From positions 22,444,001-22,508,000 of the forward strand of contig OZ024755.1 of the NCBI GenBank assembly GCA_964016885.1: a DNA stretch of 64,000 bases. Reading direction: 5' to 3'. This document shows positions 51,501 through 64,000 of this stretch, piece by piece (position 1 is the stretch's first letter; each line of letters opens with the position of its first letter). The notes below the pieces were generated by a model. It did no database searches and had not been told where the DNA came from. It saw nothing but the letters and a program-made list of their open reading frames with translations. A program made the position numbers and the translations under genes. The DNA is from Eledone cirrhosa. Lineage: Eukaryota.

Positions 51501-53764
51501 AGAATAATAATCGAAATAATAATAATAATAATATTATCTGAATGAACAAGTTAAACTGGAAAAAAATAATTTCAGAGGAAAATATTGCAAATGTTATATT
51601 AATTTGAAAGTATAACTAAATACTGTAATAGAATGATAACCTCATACATTGCTTTCATTAGTTTGGTTCTTTTGTATTATTTTCTCCAGAAAATAGTTAG
51701 ATGTCAACATAGTTGTGAATACAGACACCAGTGTAGTGCTAGCAAATGTTTTGTTAGCTATGTTCCATACTTGAGTTCACTTATTTTAAAACAAAATATG
51801 ATTTTAAGTTTTCTGTAATGAGAGGAAATATCGTGCATTTCAAACAAAGTCTTTTTTTATCAGAAAACTAACATCTCATTTTCCCCTTTACTCTATCGAC
51901 TCTTCTTGTCGATACAAACCATCACTTGTTTCCTCAAATTCTTGTGATTTATCTTCTCCTCTCCATTACTTCCCGCTCTGCCAACCTCTCACCCCCCCCC
52001 CATCACTCTATTTCTCCCATCATATGTTCACTCCCTTCAGCTAGTTACCCTTGTTTTTCTATTACTGCTCTCTCTCTCTCTCTCTTCTATTCCCCCTCTT
52101 GCCTGTGTTGCCTTCAATGAACAAGAGACAACATAGAGTAGTGAATACTCTTCAGGCTTATAACATACAAGGCAACTTCACTAGTGTTTGTACACAATAA
52201 AATGCATGCGCCACAGTCAGTAAACTGTTTGGTAAATGAGTTGATTCAATGTAGGGTTTTGATGGGGAGGTTTTAGTCCTACTGAGGACTTAACAATTTT
52301 TTAGTGCTTGTACTATGACAAAATGCACCCAGTACACTCGTTAAAGTCTTTGGGGTTGAGAAAAGTATCCAACCATTAAAAAAATGGCACAATCACACAA
52401 GTGGTGATACTCCAATCCATCTAGCAAGACAGCATTGCTAAACAAGAATTGACTCCAACCATGACAACTTATCCTACCCAAGCCAGCTTGGAATGAGGAT
52501 ATCAAATAATGATATTGATAATGTATGTATAACTTCAGAGTGAGAAGATCATTCAGTTATTTAGGTGATAGAATCACCCCAAAAGACGCTGTTTTAATGA
52601 TGGAACTCAATCTTCTCTTATCCCTCCCTACATTAGTTTCACTCAACAATACAAACTCACAAACCCCTTATCTGTTTTGCAGCCCCTCCACTACTTAGAG
52701 TAGCAAGTTATTCCTAACGTTCACTGCATTCACTGGTTTTGGTGAAATGAATTGAACTATTTGTGAATTGATTATTTTCAGCTATTTATTTGCATGTTAA
52801 AGAAGAGAACAAGAACTTGTGACCTTCATCCTTTCCTCAATAGTATTGAAAGCATGGTTTATCACAATTCTATGAAGCATACCAATGACAATTTATACAC
52901 ATTCCATACTTATTTGATTAAGGCAATTATTGTCCCGAATTACCCCACTTTCCTGTAAGGTCCATTTCTTTATTTATTTATTTTATATTGATGTATTTCT
53001 TGTTGCAAAAATGGTAGATAAAATAATCATACATTATAGAAATGAGAATCTGTTTTCTATAAGTTTTGCTATGTGGAAATGAACAAAAGATTTTGTACAC
53101 TACTAAACATTATTAGTTTTCTACTCTTGAGATTCTATTCTTTGCACAATATTGTTGCTGACCTCAACACATAATTGTAATAGAGTGCATTTATTGTCAG
53201 TCACTATAACAGTTCAGTAATAGTGTGATTATATGTAATCTAACTAAACAAATTTTCTGACATTCTTGAAATAGAATTAATATACAGAATACACAGAGGA
53301 TTAGATAACTTTTGTTTCAATGTTTTTGTGCTTTTTATATCACTTTCAATTACAGATGTTTTCCTCTTTGTTTACCATTGAACATTCTGAATACTGATAT
53401 CAATTATACTGTCCAGAAACTCATAAAATATATTTAGTCATCTACTCTCATTTCACTGTAAATTCCAAGCCTCTAAACGGTATTATGTCTGCCATAAAAC
53501 TATAAAGGTTCAGTGATTAAGTAGTTCAGCTGCAGTGCTCACAACAACACTTCTTGAAAGTTTGCCAAGGTATTCTACTGTCTTCTTGACCAAAGTTCTT
53601 TATCCTCTCTCCAGGCCTCAGTTTTCTTTAAATACGACATTCTCCTCATCCAAAGACTGTTGCAGGTTGAACAAGTTACAGATACAGACTTATCCAACTT
53701 AACTGGCTTCCATTTATCTCAGAATATAAAAGTTAGTACAATTGGGTTTACATCTGATACAGTG

Positions 53765-54125
53765 AATATCTGCAATATTGACACAGCTGTCCCAGGCTGG
53801 TGTAGCAGTTATTTCTATAACGCATGCATGTAAAAGTTGCACAGTAGTAGTTGGGTCTTCTGACTCCTCTTCCCCTGTTTTTCATGCCCACCTTGATTGT
53901 CTCTATAACCAACTGCATCAGTGTTCTTGTAACACCATCTACTCTCTGCATCAAGCTTAATTTGCCTCAAGTCCCTCTTGCATACACTTCATGGGATTCA
54001 TAAACAGAGGGTCCTGTTTGCTAGAATCCTACAGCAGATACTCCACACAGGATGTTTTTTATGATACATCTACCTTCTATTTGAAGAATGTGTCTAAGAT
54101 GTATTTTGAAAGGGCCTGCTAACTC
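53765..54125 (-). mobile_element. RTE-BovB-like LINE 3' remnant
   Basis: LRHILQIEGRCIIKNILCG..VCKRDLRQIKLDAES..CMRYRNNCYTSLGQLCQ resembles WLGHVHRM..KDILYG..VCKRD..C..C.R.CHSRIGL.SH. Confidence 0.6.
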
Positions 54126-54435
54126 CTTTAACTCTAGAAAAGATGGAAAACTTCAAATCACAGTTTATGTGTTTCAGCTTTCAGCACAAAAGGAGTATAT
54201 GAAGTATGAGGGTTTGACAACTTTTCAATTTGTCAGCTGTTTATTAGGCTAAACACCCATGTTCTGTCAAACTATTGATTTAGGGGAAATGACAGTGTGC
54301 CCATCTATGCACCAGGTGATAGGTTTTGGTGTGAGCCAGGTGCAACATATATTTGTAAAATATATGCACCATATATACTCATATATAAGTTGCAGTAGTA
54401 GATACTTTGTGTTTGTAATATTTTGGCTTCATTAT

Positions 54436-54565
54436 CTTTCCATTCTGAGTTCAAATCCCACCGAGGTTAACTTTGCCTTTCATCCTTACGGGGTCGATAA
54501 AATAAAGTACCAGTAATACACTGGGATAATTGCTGGCCTTGTGCCAAAAGTAGAAACAATTATTT
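54436..54565 (+). mobile_element. 5'-truncated SINE family A
   Basis: B box, core and tail. Confidence 0.8.
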
Positions 54566-56205
54566 AATATTTCAAGCCCAAAGCAAAGTTCCATAGTTAA
54601 GTTCCAATTTAAGTTTTTTGCCAATTATTTTTAATCAAAACCCTTGACCTATCTACAAGTATATACTGTATATTAGTGTAATAAATACATAGTCAACAGT
54701 CACACCTACCTTAATAGTAAAATACTTAAATTTTCTCTGTATATTAGACATTGATTCCATTTTTACTTTTGATTTGATTGATTCTTCAACAAGATTCTTC
54801 AGTCATGTTTCCTGCCTTAAAACAATAGGAACCGATCAACAAAATCCCAGACCTCATTTGCTTACTGAGTTGGGTGGAACTTGTCAGATCAGACAGAGGA
54901 ATCAATGTTTCCATTACTGTCTACTGGTTGTAACTTCTGGCAGAAAGAACAACCTGAAATGTGTCTTGCTGAAGGACATAACGCATCACCTGGTCTGTGA
55001 TTTGAATTCACCACCTCACAGTTATGAAACCAGTTTCTTTACAGTTATTTTTATGTCAGTGTCTGGAATTCATTCCTTTGTTGTGATAACTCCAAATCAA
55101 TAACTAAGTTACTAATAACATTAGTCTAGAAGATATCAGAATTGGTGGATGACCAACTAAATTTTCACCTAATTTCTCCCCTCCATCATCATGTTTCCAC
55201 CTAGTCCTGTTTATAAGGATAAATTGTTTTATTTATTTGGCAGGAGATTGTGATTGTTGTTGTTGTAGTTGTTTAGCCCCTGGTCAATTGTGATTGAGTA
55301 GGTCTATGATTAAAAAAATTCTAGCATTAACCGTTTCATCTTTGTGTGTATCTAACACAATACCTCCTTCCTTTTTTAAAAGTAGTAGAGTGTGGTTTCG
55401 TTGCTATTTCTTTCAACCATGTAGAGGCTCCCTTTGGCTCTTCAGTTTATATCAAAAGACACAAATTCTTTTGTGCACTCAATAGAATGCATGAACGCAT
55501 GTAAACGAAATGCAGATCCCTTGGTCTATGTAGATCGATCCAACCCTTGCAAGCAGGGAAAATGGACGTTAAACAATGACAATAATGATAACAGAATTTT
55601 CCATAGTTTGACACTTCTTTAACAAAGAAACTATTTTACTCTACTCTGAATTCTTATTTGAACCAAACTGCACTTTTTAGAATCTTGAAGTATCTGTTCC
55701 AAAATATGTTTAAAATGTTAAAAACATTTCAAAATTGTTCCCTCCAGAAACCATTTCTGAAATTACTTCAGATTTTTTTTATTTCAAATATAAGTACTTA
55801 TATATATTTTTATTATTATTTTTCTTGTGGGGAACTTTGAAAATAAGGGCAAAGTGATGACATTTCCAGGAAAAGAATTTGGTTTTAATTTTTTATGACT
55901 AAATCAGAGGGAGAAGGGCAGCACCCATGACCTTTGCCAGGCCCCAAAGGGAGGTGAGAAAAGGGAGAGAAGAAACCCCAACATACATGTTACTGTAGTA
56001 GGAAGCAACACATCAATATATATTGGTATTTTAACAAATACCAACTGCTATTACCGAGTATTCCCTGTCTTTGTCAATTATATTATTATTACTATTATGC
56101 ACACACACACACACACAGACATATATATATATATGTGTGTATATATATATATATATTTCGTTTCTGAATTTGTTTCTTATTGGCAACATGACCCTCCCAA
56201 AGTAT

Positions 56206-56261
<56 letters not shown>

Positions 56262-56297
<36 letters not shown>

Positions 56298-56475
56298 TTT
56301 ACGTCCGCTTTTCCCTGCTTGCAAGGGTGGGACGGGTCTTATTCAGCACAGCATCTCTCCACTCGTCACGGTCCTTCGTCATCTCCACCGTGAGCTTCAA
56401 TGATCTGAGGTCTGTTCTCACCACCTCCGCCCATGTTTTTCGTGGTCTACCTCTACCACGTCTTCCTTCAACTGG
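56262..56475 (-). mobile_element. RTE LINE 3' end (family 2)
   Basis: [57 protein letters not shown]; lies in (TA)n. Confidence 0.88.
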
Positions 56476-58361
56476 CATATATATATATATATATAATTTA
56501 TACCTAATATTATATATATATATATATATGTATAATTTTCTATGTAGTTATTTATAGCAGAGCCAAAATAATTTCTATTTTAAATTGTGTTAATTACAGT
56601 ATAATTATAATATTGAATAATACTGTTTCCCTCCTGTTGTATTCTAAATATCTTTCCTTGCTTAAATATATGATTATTGCAGCTGCAGTTGGCCAAATTT
56701 ACATGGGTTTTAGGTTTTAATGCTGAGTTTCCAGCTAATGTTTTCATTTTTTCTTCTGTCCTGTCATGAAGCAATTCTGTGTACTTGGCAAAGTTATTAT
56801 TTAACTCTAAAAGACTCCTCCCCCATCTTTCTGGTTTTAAATGGGTACCACACGGTTGTACGATTCAGGCAGATACATCATCAGCATCTTGATCATCCTC
56901 ATCGTTTTAACATTCACTTTCCCTGCTAGCAAGGGTTGGATAGGTATATATATAGACCAAGTCAATACTAAAGCAGGGCTACTGATCTCCCAGATAGGCC
57001 AGCGGTCTGCATCTCGCTTACGTGAGGTCTCACATTCCACCAAGTGCAAAGGTGAGGTTTTCATGTGTTTGGCACAACTGAAGGGTCCTCCTAACCTGTT
57101 GTTTGACAGGCTTTCTACGACTGGATACCCTTCCTATCACCAACCACTTTATAGCATGTATGTGCTTTTGAATGTTTATTTAGTTTTTAGTTTTGCACTC
57201 ATATACTGCAATAGTGGGAAAGCAATGAAAATTAAGTATCTTACACGAAAAATATAATGAAAAGACTATAGAATTTGAAATTTCAATATCTGAAATCATA
57301 GATATATATGAGAGGTTTTTGAAACACTATATTATAAATCATATTATTGTCACTGTTGTCATTAATTTATGTTTGTTTTCCATGTTGACATGTGTTGCAC
57401 AACATGTCTCATAGCATCTTGCCACTGACTGGGTACATTTTATCATGCCACCAACATTAAAAAGAATGTTTTGCAGCAGAACTAAAGGTCTTCTCTACCC
57501 TGGTATCAGATTTTATTCAAAGTTGTTCTTCTCATAGACAGGTTGCCTGGATGCTATCGTCTGCAGAATTCATATTTCTTCCAGTTGTTCCTATTTGCTT
57601 CAAGCATCGTTTTTACAGCTGGGGGCTTTTCTTATCACCAATCACTTTACAGCATGAACTGGATACATTTGTTATGTACCAGTACTTCCATTCTTCCTCC
57701 CATCTAAGGCCCCATAAAAAGACATAAGGACTCTACTTCTTCATCTGGCTAACCCATAAAAAACTTGAGGGTACATATATAGATGGATTTTAGCCTTTAC
57801 TCTAATATTTGTCACATTTAATAATACCTGCCAGGAGTTAAAAAAATCCCATGAGTAGAACTTTCAAGAGTCCCACAGACACTCAAGCCTCTCCAGCATG
57901 GCAAGTTAACTACATATAAAAAAAGCCTTGATGGTCATGGTTAGAATTCTTTTGTTTAGGTCTCCTCAATCAAATGACTTAGAGCTAATCAACAACATCC
58001 TCTTCTTTGTCTCCACCTTCTCTTCTCTAACAAATTTCTTCTTCGTCCTCTTCATCTATTCATTTTTTTTTTTGTCTTCTTCCTCTTTAATACAGAATTG
58101 GTCGAGCAGCAGATATAAAATACAGTGTTTAATTACAGTTCATAACTTTCTGAGTTCAAATCTTGCCATGGTCATCTTTGCCTTTCATTCTTACAGGTTC
58201 AATAAAATAAATAACAATCAAATGCTGGGATCAGTTTAATGGACGACGCCTCCCTGAAAAAAATCTTTCTTCTTCAATCTTATGGATTTTTTCTTCTTTC
58301 TTCTCCTCCTTTTATTTCAACTACTTCAACTTCCTTGCTCGTCTCCTCTTCACAATTCCTC

Positions 58362-58650
58362 TCATGACTTCACAAGCTCTTTATTCAAAAGTTGTGTTCT
58401 ATTTTCTAGGTGAAAAATCTTTTTGTATCTCAACCGTCCTTGACAAAGTACACACAATAAGGCTAGTTGATAATCTGAGCCATCATTGACAGAAGCTCTC
58501 TTGAATACTCTTGAACAAATTGCAAAACACACCACAAAATTCCACAATATGATCGAGGTAATATTTGCTTTTTTGTTGTTGTCATTTACCAAGAAAGAAA
58601 ACTCGCTCATATTTATAATAAATCTAGACTTTTTAAAATTTTGGATTTCA
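58362..58650 (-). pseudogene. Possible Penelope-like element C-terminal remnant
   Basis: RASVNDGSDYQLALLCVLCQ..YKKI..LLNKELVKS resembles the PLE C-terminal A..Y..GS..C.LC..EK..I..LLNKRSELVSKC pattern. Weak, recognised by eye. Confidence 0.35.
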
Positions 58651-58671
58651 TAAAACACAAACACACAAACA

Positions 58672-58703
<32 letters not shown>

Positions 58704-58785
58704 ATATATATATATATACGGGGTAACAAATTATTGTTATAGGTAGTCCACTTAAGTGTAGTCCAGTTATATATATATATATATA

Positions 58786-58952
58786 TCATCATTATCATTG
58801 TCATCATCATCGTTTAACGTCCCTGTTCCACGCTTGCATGGGTTTGGACGGGGTTTTTCCCACTTGAGGCAAGAATGGTTGTCTTGCTCGCATAGGACTA
58901 TCTGGCGGGTTTTCTACAGCTGGATGCCCTTCCTAACACCAACCACATTTAC
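58786..58952 (-). mobile_element. RTE 3' UTR / SINE tail fragment
   Basis: Near-identical to 44020-44165 and to the reverse complement of 26390-26530. Confidence 0.85.
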
Positions 58953-59043
58953 ATATATATATAAATTACATATATATATAAATTAATAAAAATAATGAAT
59001 AAAAACAAAGAAACAGTTCCTTATTTTAAAAAAATCATCATTT

Positions 59044-59178
59044 TACGATCGTTTCTAGGATATATATGTGTGTGTTGGTATGTACATCATATAGATCTAT
59101 GTAAACATTTTACAAACTATCAGAGGGAATATACATACCTACACATATATATGCTGTCTGAAGACAGCATATATATGT
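59044..59178. other. Hammerhead remnant split by a fold-back junction
   Basis: Minus strand has stem II + GAAA CGAUCG UA. A 17-bp palindrome at 59143-59178 places CUGAAGA on the plus strand. Confidence 0.45.
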
Positions 59179-59250
59179 TTTCATGATATTTGGATTACAT
59201 TGAGTTCTTCATACGGATTGGACACTACCGTATATTTTGGTAGATTTATC

Positions 59251-59286
<36 letters not shown>

Positions 59287-59979
59287 CCTATAGTGAGAAA
59301 GAGAAAGGAAGATTAGGAACTAATAAGGCAGAAAATGTATCAGGGTTGTTTTTGTTTCCATGTTTAAATTTTTTTTTTTTTTTTTCTGTTTAATAGAAAT
59401 ATAAAGCCGGATATTCATTTATTTGTTTATTTATTAATTTATTTACTTTGTTTATTTACTGAACCATAGCAGTATTAGTTACAGGTTTCCAGTGGACCAA
59501 TCACTGGTTCATTGCATTTCCGACTGAAAGAGTGATAAGAGAAATAACTAGTGTAATTCATTGGGCTTCGATCAAAGAACGCTTTATTATTTTTTTTATT
59601 TTTCCTATTTTTGCATCCTTCTCCAAAATATAGCGAAATATATCAACATATATCACACTTACACATATATGATAAATACATATCTATACACAATTGTAGA
59701 TATCCTACATACTCAGTGCACAATTTAAAATCTTATATATATATATTTATATATATAAAATTATAAAATGACAAACAAAGCTAGACAAAAACAATTAGTC
59801 TTACTAGTTTCATGCTTTGGAGGAAAAAAGAGAAAGAGAAAAAGTTTGATGTATTGGACATTAATCCTTCATCAAGAGTACAAGAGTTCAGAGAATAGAA
59901 AGTGGGGAGATATGTGAGTGTATGTGTGTGTTGTTTTTAATACTTTTAGGTTGAGAATGTTGGGGAAGGATATATATAG

Positions 59980-60812
59980 CATCATCATCATCATCATCAT
60001 CACTGCTTTACGTCCATTCTTCCATGCTAGCATGGGTTAGACGGGTTGTCCTGTTGTGGGCAATGTCAGGTTGGGTGACCTTGTCTTGCTCTTACAGGAA
60101 CTGATTTTGGCTTGATTTCTACAGCTGGATGCCTTTCCTAACACCAACTTCATTTACAGTGAGTGCTGGGTGCTTTTTTTCTGTGGCGCCTACATGACCA
60201 CTTCATAGTGTGGGCCGAGTGCTTTTTTGTCGTGATGCCTCCACGACCACTTTGCAGTGGGAGGGGATGGGGGCATGTTGTCTATAGGTTTGTTCCCGTG
60301 GGAAGTCGGGTCTTCTGTATTACTGCCTGACGCCAGAGGTCACGGTCGTGTGTCATTATTGCCTTTGAGAGGTGCAATTAAGCAAGGTCCACTTTTATCA
60401 CCTCATCCCAGGTCTTCTTGGGTCTCCCCACTCCATGGCTTCCATCGACTTTTAGATTTCTGCACCTTTTTATGCAGCTGTCATCCTTCATACATATGAA
60501 CCTTCATACACATGTCCAAACCAACGCAACTGCCTCTCCTGTACACAGCATTTGATTCCTCTTATGCTCAGTCTCTCTTTCAATTCATTTATTATTTGCC
60601 ATTTGCGTATATTACTATTACACATCCATCAGAACATACAGGCTTTGTTTCTTTCTAATCTACGCAAGTCTTCTACACACAGCGCCCAGGTCGTATGTAA
60701 CATTGCTGTTCATATGCACACATCATACAGTCTTCCTTTTATTTTTAGGGAAAAGCCTTTTGCTGCTAGCAGTGGTAGTAGCTCCTTGAACTTCTCCCAT
60801 CCTGTTCTTATA
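59980..60812 (-). mobile_element. RTE LINE 3' part (family 1)
   Basis: Homologous to 15289-16040 in reverse orientation. Confidence 0.88.
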
Positions 60813-61264
60813 TGATAGGTTTTGGCACAGTTTCAAAGGGCCACTAACAAGTAATTGGTCAACCTGAGGCTATGGAAGAAAACAATTGCTCAAAGCAGCC
60901 CATGGTGGGATCTAAACCAGAACCCATGGTTGTAAAACAATACTTTCTCAATCACACACCCTGCCTCCATACATATTTCTTCTCCTTCTTCTGTTTTTTT
61001 GTTTTTTATCAATCGTTTTCTTTCTCCCTGTGTGTGTGTTTTTGTGGTTTTGTTATATTTTTGTTTTTATCACTATATATATATATATATATATGTACGC
61101 ACACACATACACATACACACACATACACCCCGAGACACATACACATCCAGAGACACACATACACACACATACACCCCGAGACACATACACATCCAGAGAC
61201 ACACAAACACATACATAGCATAAATACACTCACAACAGGACACACTGCCAAATATAAACATCCC

Positions 61265-62060
61265 CATTAATGTGTGTATGTGTTTTTCTGTGTCGGTGTG
61301 TGTGTCTGTGTATTTCAGTCATGTATGTGTTTGTGTGTCCATGTGTGTATGTGTGTATGAGCCTGTGTATGTGTGTTTGTGTGTCCATGTGTGTGTGTGT
61401 TTGAGCCTGTGTATGTGTGTTTGTGTCCATGTGTGTATGTGTGTTTGAGCCTGTGTGTGTCTGTGTTTGTGTCCATGTGTGTATGTGTGTTTGAGCCTGT
61501 GTATGTGTGTTTGTGTGTCCATGTGTGTATGTGTGTTTGTGAGTCCATGTGTGTATATGTGTTTGAGCCTGTGTATGTGTGTTTGAGCCTGTGTATGTGT
61601 GTTTGTGTCCATGTGTGTATGTGTGTTTGAGCCTGTGTCTGTGTGCCCGTCTCTGTGTCTGTGTTTCTGTGTGTGTGTTTGTCTATGTGTGTATGTATGT
61701 GCGTGTTTGTGATTGTATGTTTGTGTGTATGTGTGTCTGTCTTTCTGTGTGTACCTGCCTGTGTGTGTGTATATATGTGTGCATGTCTGTGTGTCTGTGT
61801 GCCTGTCTCTGGGTATTTGTGTCTGTATTTCTGTGTCTGTGCTTGTATGTGTGTGCGTTTGTGTGTATGTGTGTCTGTCTTTCTGTGTGTATCTGCCTGC
61901 GTGTGTGTGTGTATATGTGTGTGTGTCTGTGTGCTTGTCTCTGGGTATTTGTGTCTGTGTTTGTGCTTGTGTGCGTTTGTGTGTATGTGTGTCTGTCTTT
62001 CTGTGTGTTCCTGCCTGTGTGTGTGTATATATATATATATGTGTGTGTGTCTGTGTGTGC
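61265..62060. repeat. (TG)n-derived complex satellite
   Basis: Repeated gtgtttgagcctgtgtat and gtccatgtgt units. Confidence 0.9.
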
Positions 62061-62809
62061 AATAGTCTATGTATGTTTGGGGAATTAGTCAAAATCCATA
62101 TTTCTAGAAATAGGAGACTAAACATTTCCCCAACATCTCATATAATGAATGTTAAATAACTGGTTATTTGTAATTGTGTTGTAATTTTCTCCCTCCCTCA
62201 GGTTCATTAGATAATGTTGACTTAACCAACATTGATATATTTCACTCTTCATAAGCATTTAAACAGTCGGTTGGTAGAGAGAGTTGAGCAGGGGTTCCTA
62301 ACTTGGGGGGGGGGGGGTAAATCTTGCCTACCCAGCTACCCAAAGAATAAACTTTGTCTACCCAGGGAGTAAATTTTATCTACCCAGGGGCTGAATTTGT
62401 TGATTCTGGATTTGTACATATTTTTTTTTTTAATTACAATTTTTTTCTAAATATACACACCCACAAAGCTAACACTAAACCCAAGTCAAATGTGAAATGT
62501 AGGCCCTATTTTAAGCTCCTTATTCATTAAGTATTTCATTAATCAGTGTAAAATACATAGAATTAACAGAACAGAATATTAGGACTAGTACTTGAGACGT
62601 GTAGTTACCCACCTCCTTCTACTGACCCACTCGTCTCCCAGCCCACTTTCTGATCACACACCTCCTCCTACTGACCCACTCGTCTCCCAGCCCACCTTCT
62701 GATATGGCCTCTGTGTCACACAGTGACTTCACCATTCACTCCCTCTAGCATTCTCAGTTAGAATTTATTTTATTTTCAATTAGACTGTTAATACCTTTCA
62801 ATCTGTCAT

Positions 62810-63250
62810 TAGGTCCCACTGCTTGTATGGATTCCCTTGATGCTCTGTCTCCATCCAATTCTATTGTTCATCATATTCGGCAGGTCAGAGGGATTGTAGT
62901 TTATGTCATCACAAATCTGCCTGATATAGGTCTTGGTTTGTCACACTTTGATAGATCTTTCTTGTGTATGCTCCCACAAAAGTATGTCACTAACAATTTC
63001 ATCTTTAGCTCTCCAGCAATGCCCTGCCACTCTAACTCTATTCTTTGATGAGGTCTGATACTGGACGAAGGTTCCCATACAATCACTCACTAGTCAGATA
63101 ATCTCTCCAAGTAACATTCAAAGCCATTCTTAGTATGCCAGTGGAAGCTCTATCTAATCTTCTTTAAAGAAAGACATGAACATCATAGTTTCCCATTCCT
63201 GTTGAAATATAATTCTTGGTTTTCTGCCCTATATAAGGAAACATTCATTA
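62810..63250 (-). mobile_element. RTE-X LINE remnant
   Basis: AGHCWRAKDEIVSDILLWEHTQ..TYIRQICDD matches RTE-X AGHCWRSKDELISDVLLW..TYI.QL..DT. Confidence 0.75.
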
Positions 63251-63811
63251 TTAATATTTTATTTCTTGTATCAAACTCAATTGGGCAGTGGTAAGCTCTT
63301 GCAAATTAATTGGTTACTATATTGAAGAGAACAGAATAACATCAAAATATGTCTGGAGTGGCCTCCCATATTTGCTGGGACAATGAAAATATTACTAACT
63401 ATTGACTTTTCTCAGGGGGTTTTCTCACCACATACGTATTTTGTATTTAGTTATTTAATGCTCTATGTATAGACTGCTAAACCTCCAAAGAACAGCAGGA
63501 ATAGACAAACACTGAATCAAGTATATATAAAATAATCATTTATGAACTTTAGTTACCTTGTTAGGTAATTCTCTGAACGTAGATAAAGAAAACACCATAT
63601 AATTAACTCCAGTACATAAGGCAGGGGATTGGTATTAAAAAAACAATATTTGTGTACAAGTATAATTGTTTAAGTGAGAGGTTAGATTCATCTTCATTGA
63701 ATGTGCAAATTAGTTTATCGTAATATTTCTCTTCACTAAAATATAAACTCTGGTAATAGAAGAAGCTATTTTTTCCCTTCTTCCAGCCAAATATAAACAA
63801 ATATAATTCAA

Positions 63812-64000
63812 ACATATATTTATCAAAATTACCTCAGCACTAATTCCTGCACTAAACAAATTATATTCTACATATATTTATCAAAATTACCTCAGCATTA
63901 ATCTCTGCACTAAACAAGTTATATTGTATATATATTTATCAAAATTACCTCAGCACTAATTCCTGCACTAAACAAATTATATTCTACATATATTTATCAA
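63812..64000. repeat. 58-bp tandem repeat (>=3 copies, runs off the window)
   Basis: Unit acatatatttatcaaaattacctcagcactaattcctgcactaaacaaattatattct. Confidence 0.92.

Noticed and set aside
62285-62400. hAT-like 5' terminus caggggttcctaac
   Set aside because: No matching 3' TIR or 8-bp TSD found.

Overview
This is AT-rich eukaryotic (animal) non-coding DNA. The SINE/LINE repertoire and microsatellite load strongly suggest a coleoid cephalopod (octopus-like) intron or intergenic region; that assignment is inferred from repeat content. No host protein-coding gene is supported. Most ORFs in the track are microsatellite artefacts, and the real peptide signals are decayed non-LTR retrotransposons (RTE, RTE-X, RTE-BovB-like, Tx1/L1, R4/Dong, possibly Penelope-like). 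The window also holds several tRNA-derived SINE families, small DNA-transposon MITEs and many minisatellites. The most interesting signal is a set of small islands embedded in (TA)n tracts that carry type I hammerhead ribozyme cores (CUGANGA..GAAA..UH with checkable stems), often inside fold-back inverted repeats. The clearest case is a 143-bp near-perfect inverted pair with one hammerhead on each strand (41643-41949). These look like Penelope-like pLTR or retrozyme-type non-autonomous elements. Different retroelement classes also occupy different microsatellites: Tx1 in (TATC)n, R4/Dong in (TAA)n and hammerhead elements in (TA)n. All alignments and folds were done by eye; nothing was computed or searched.
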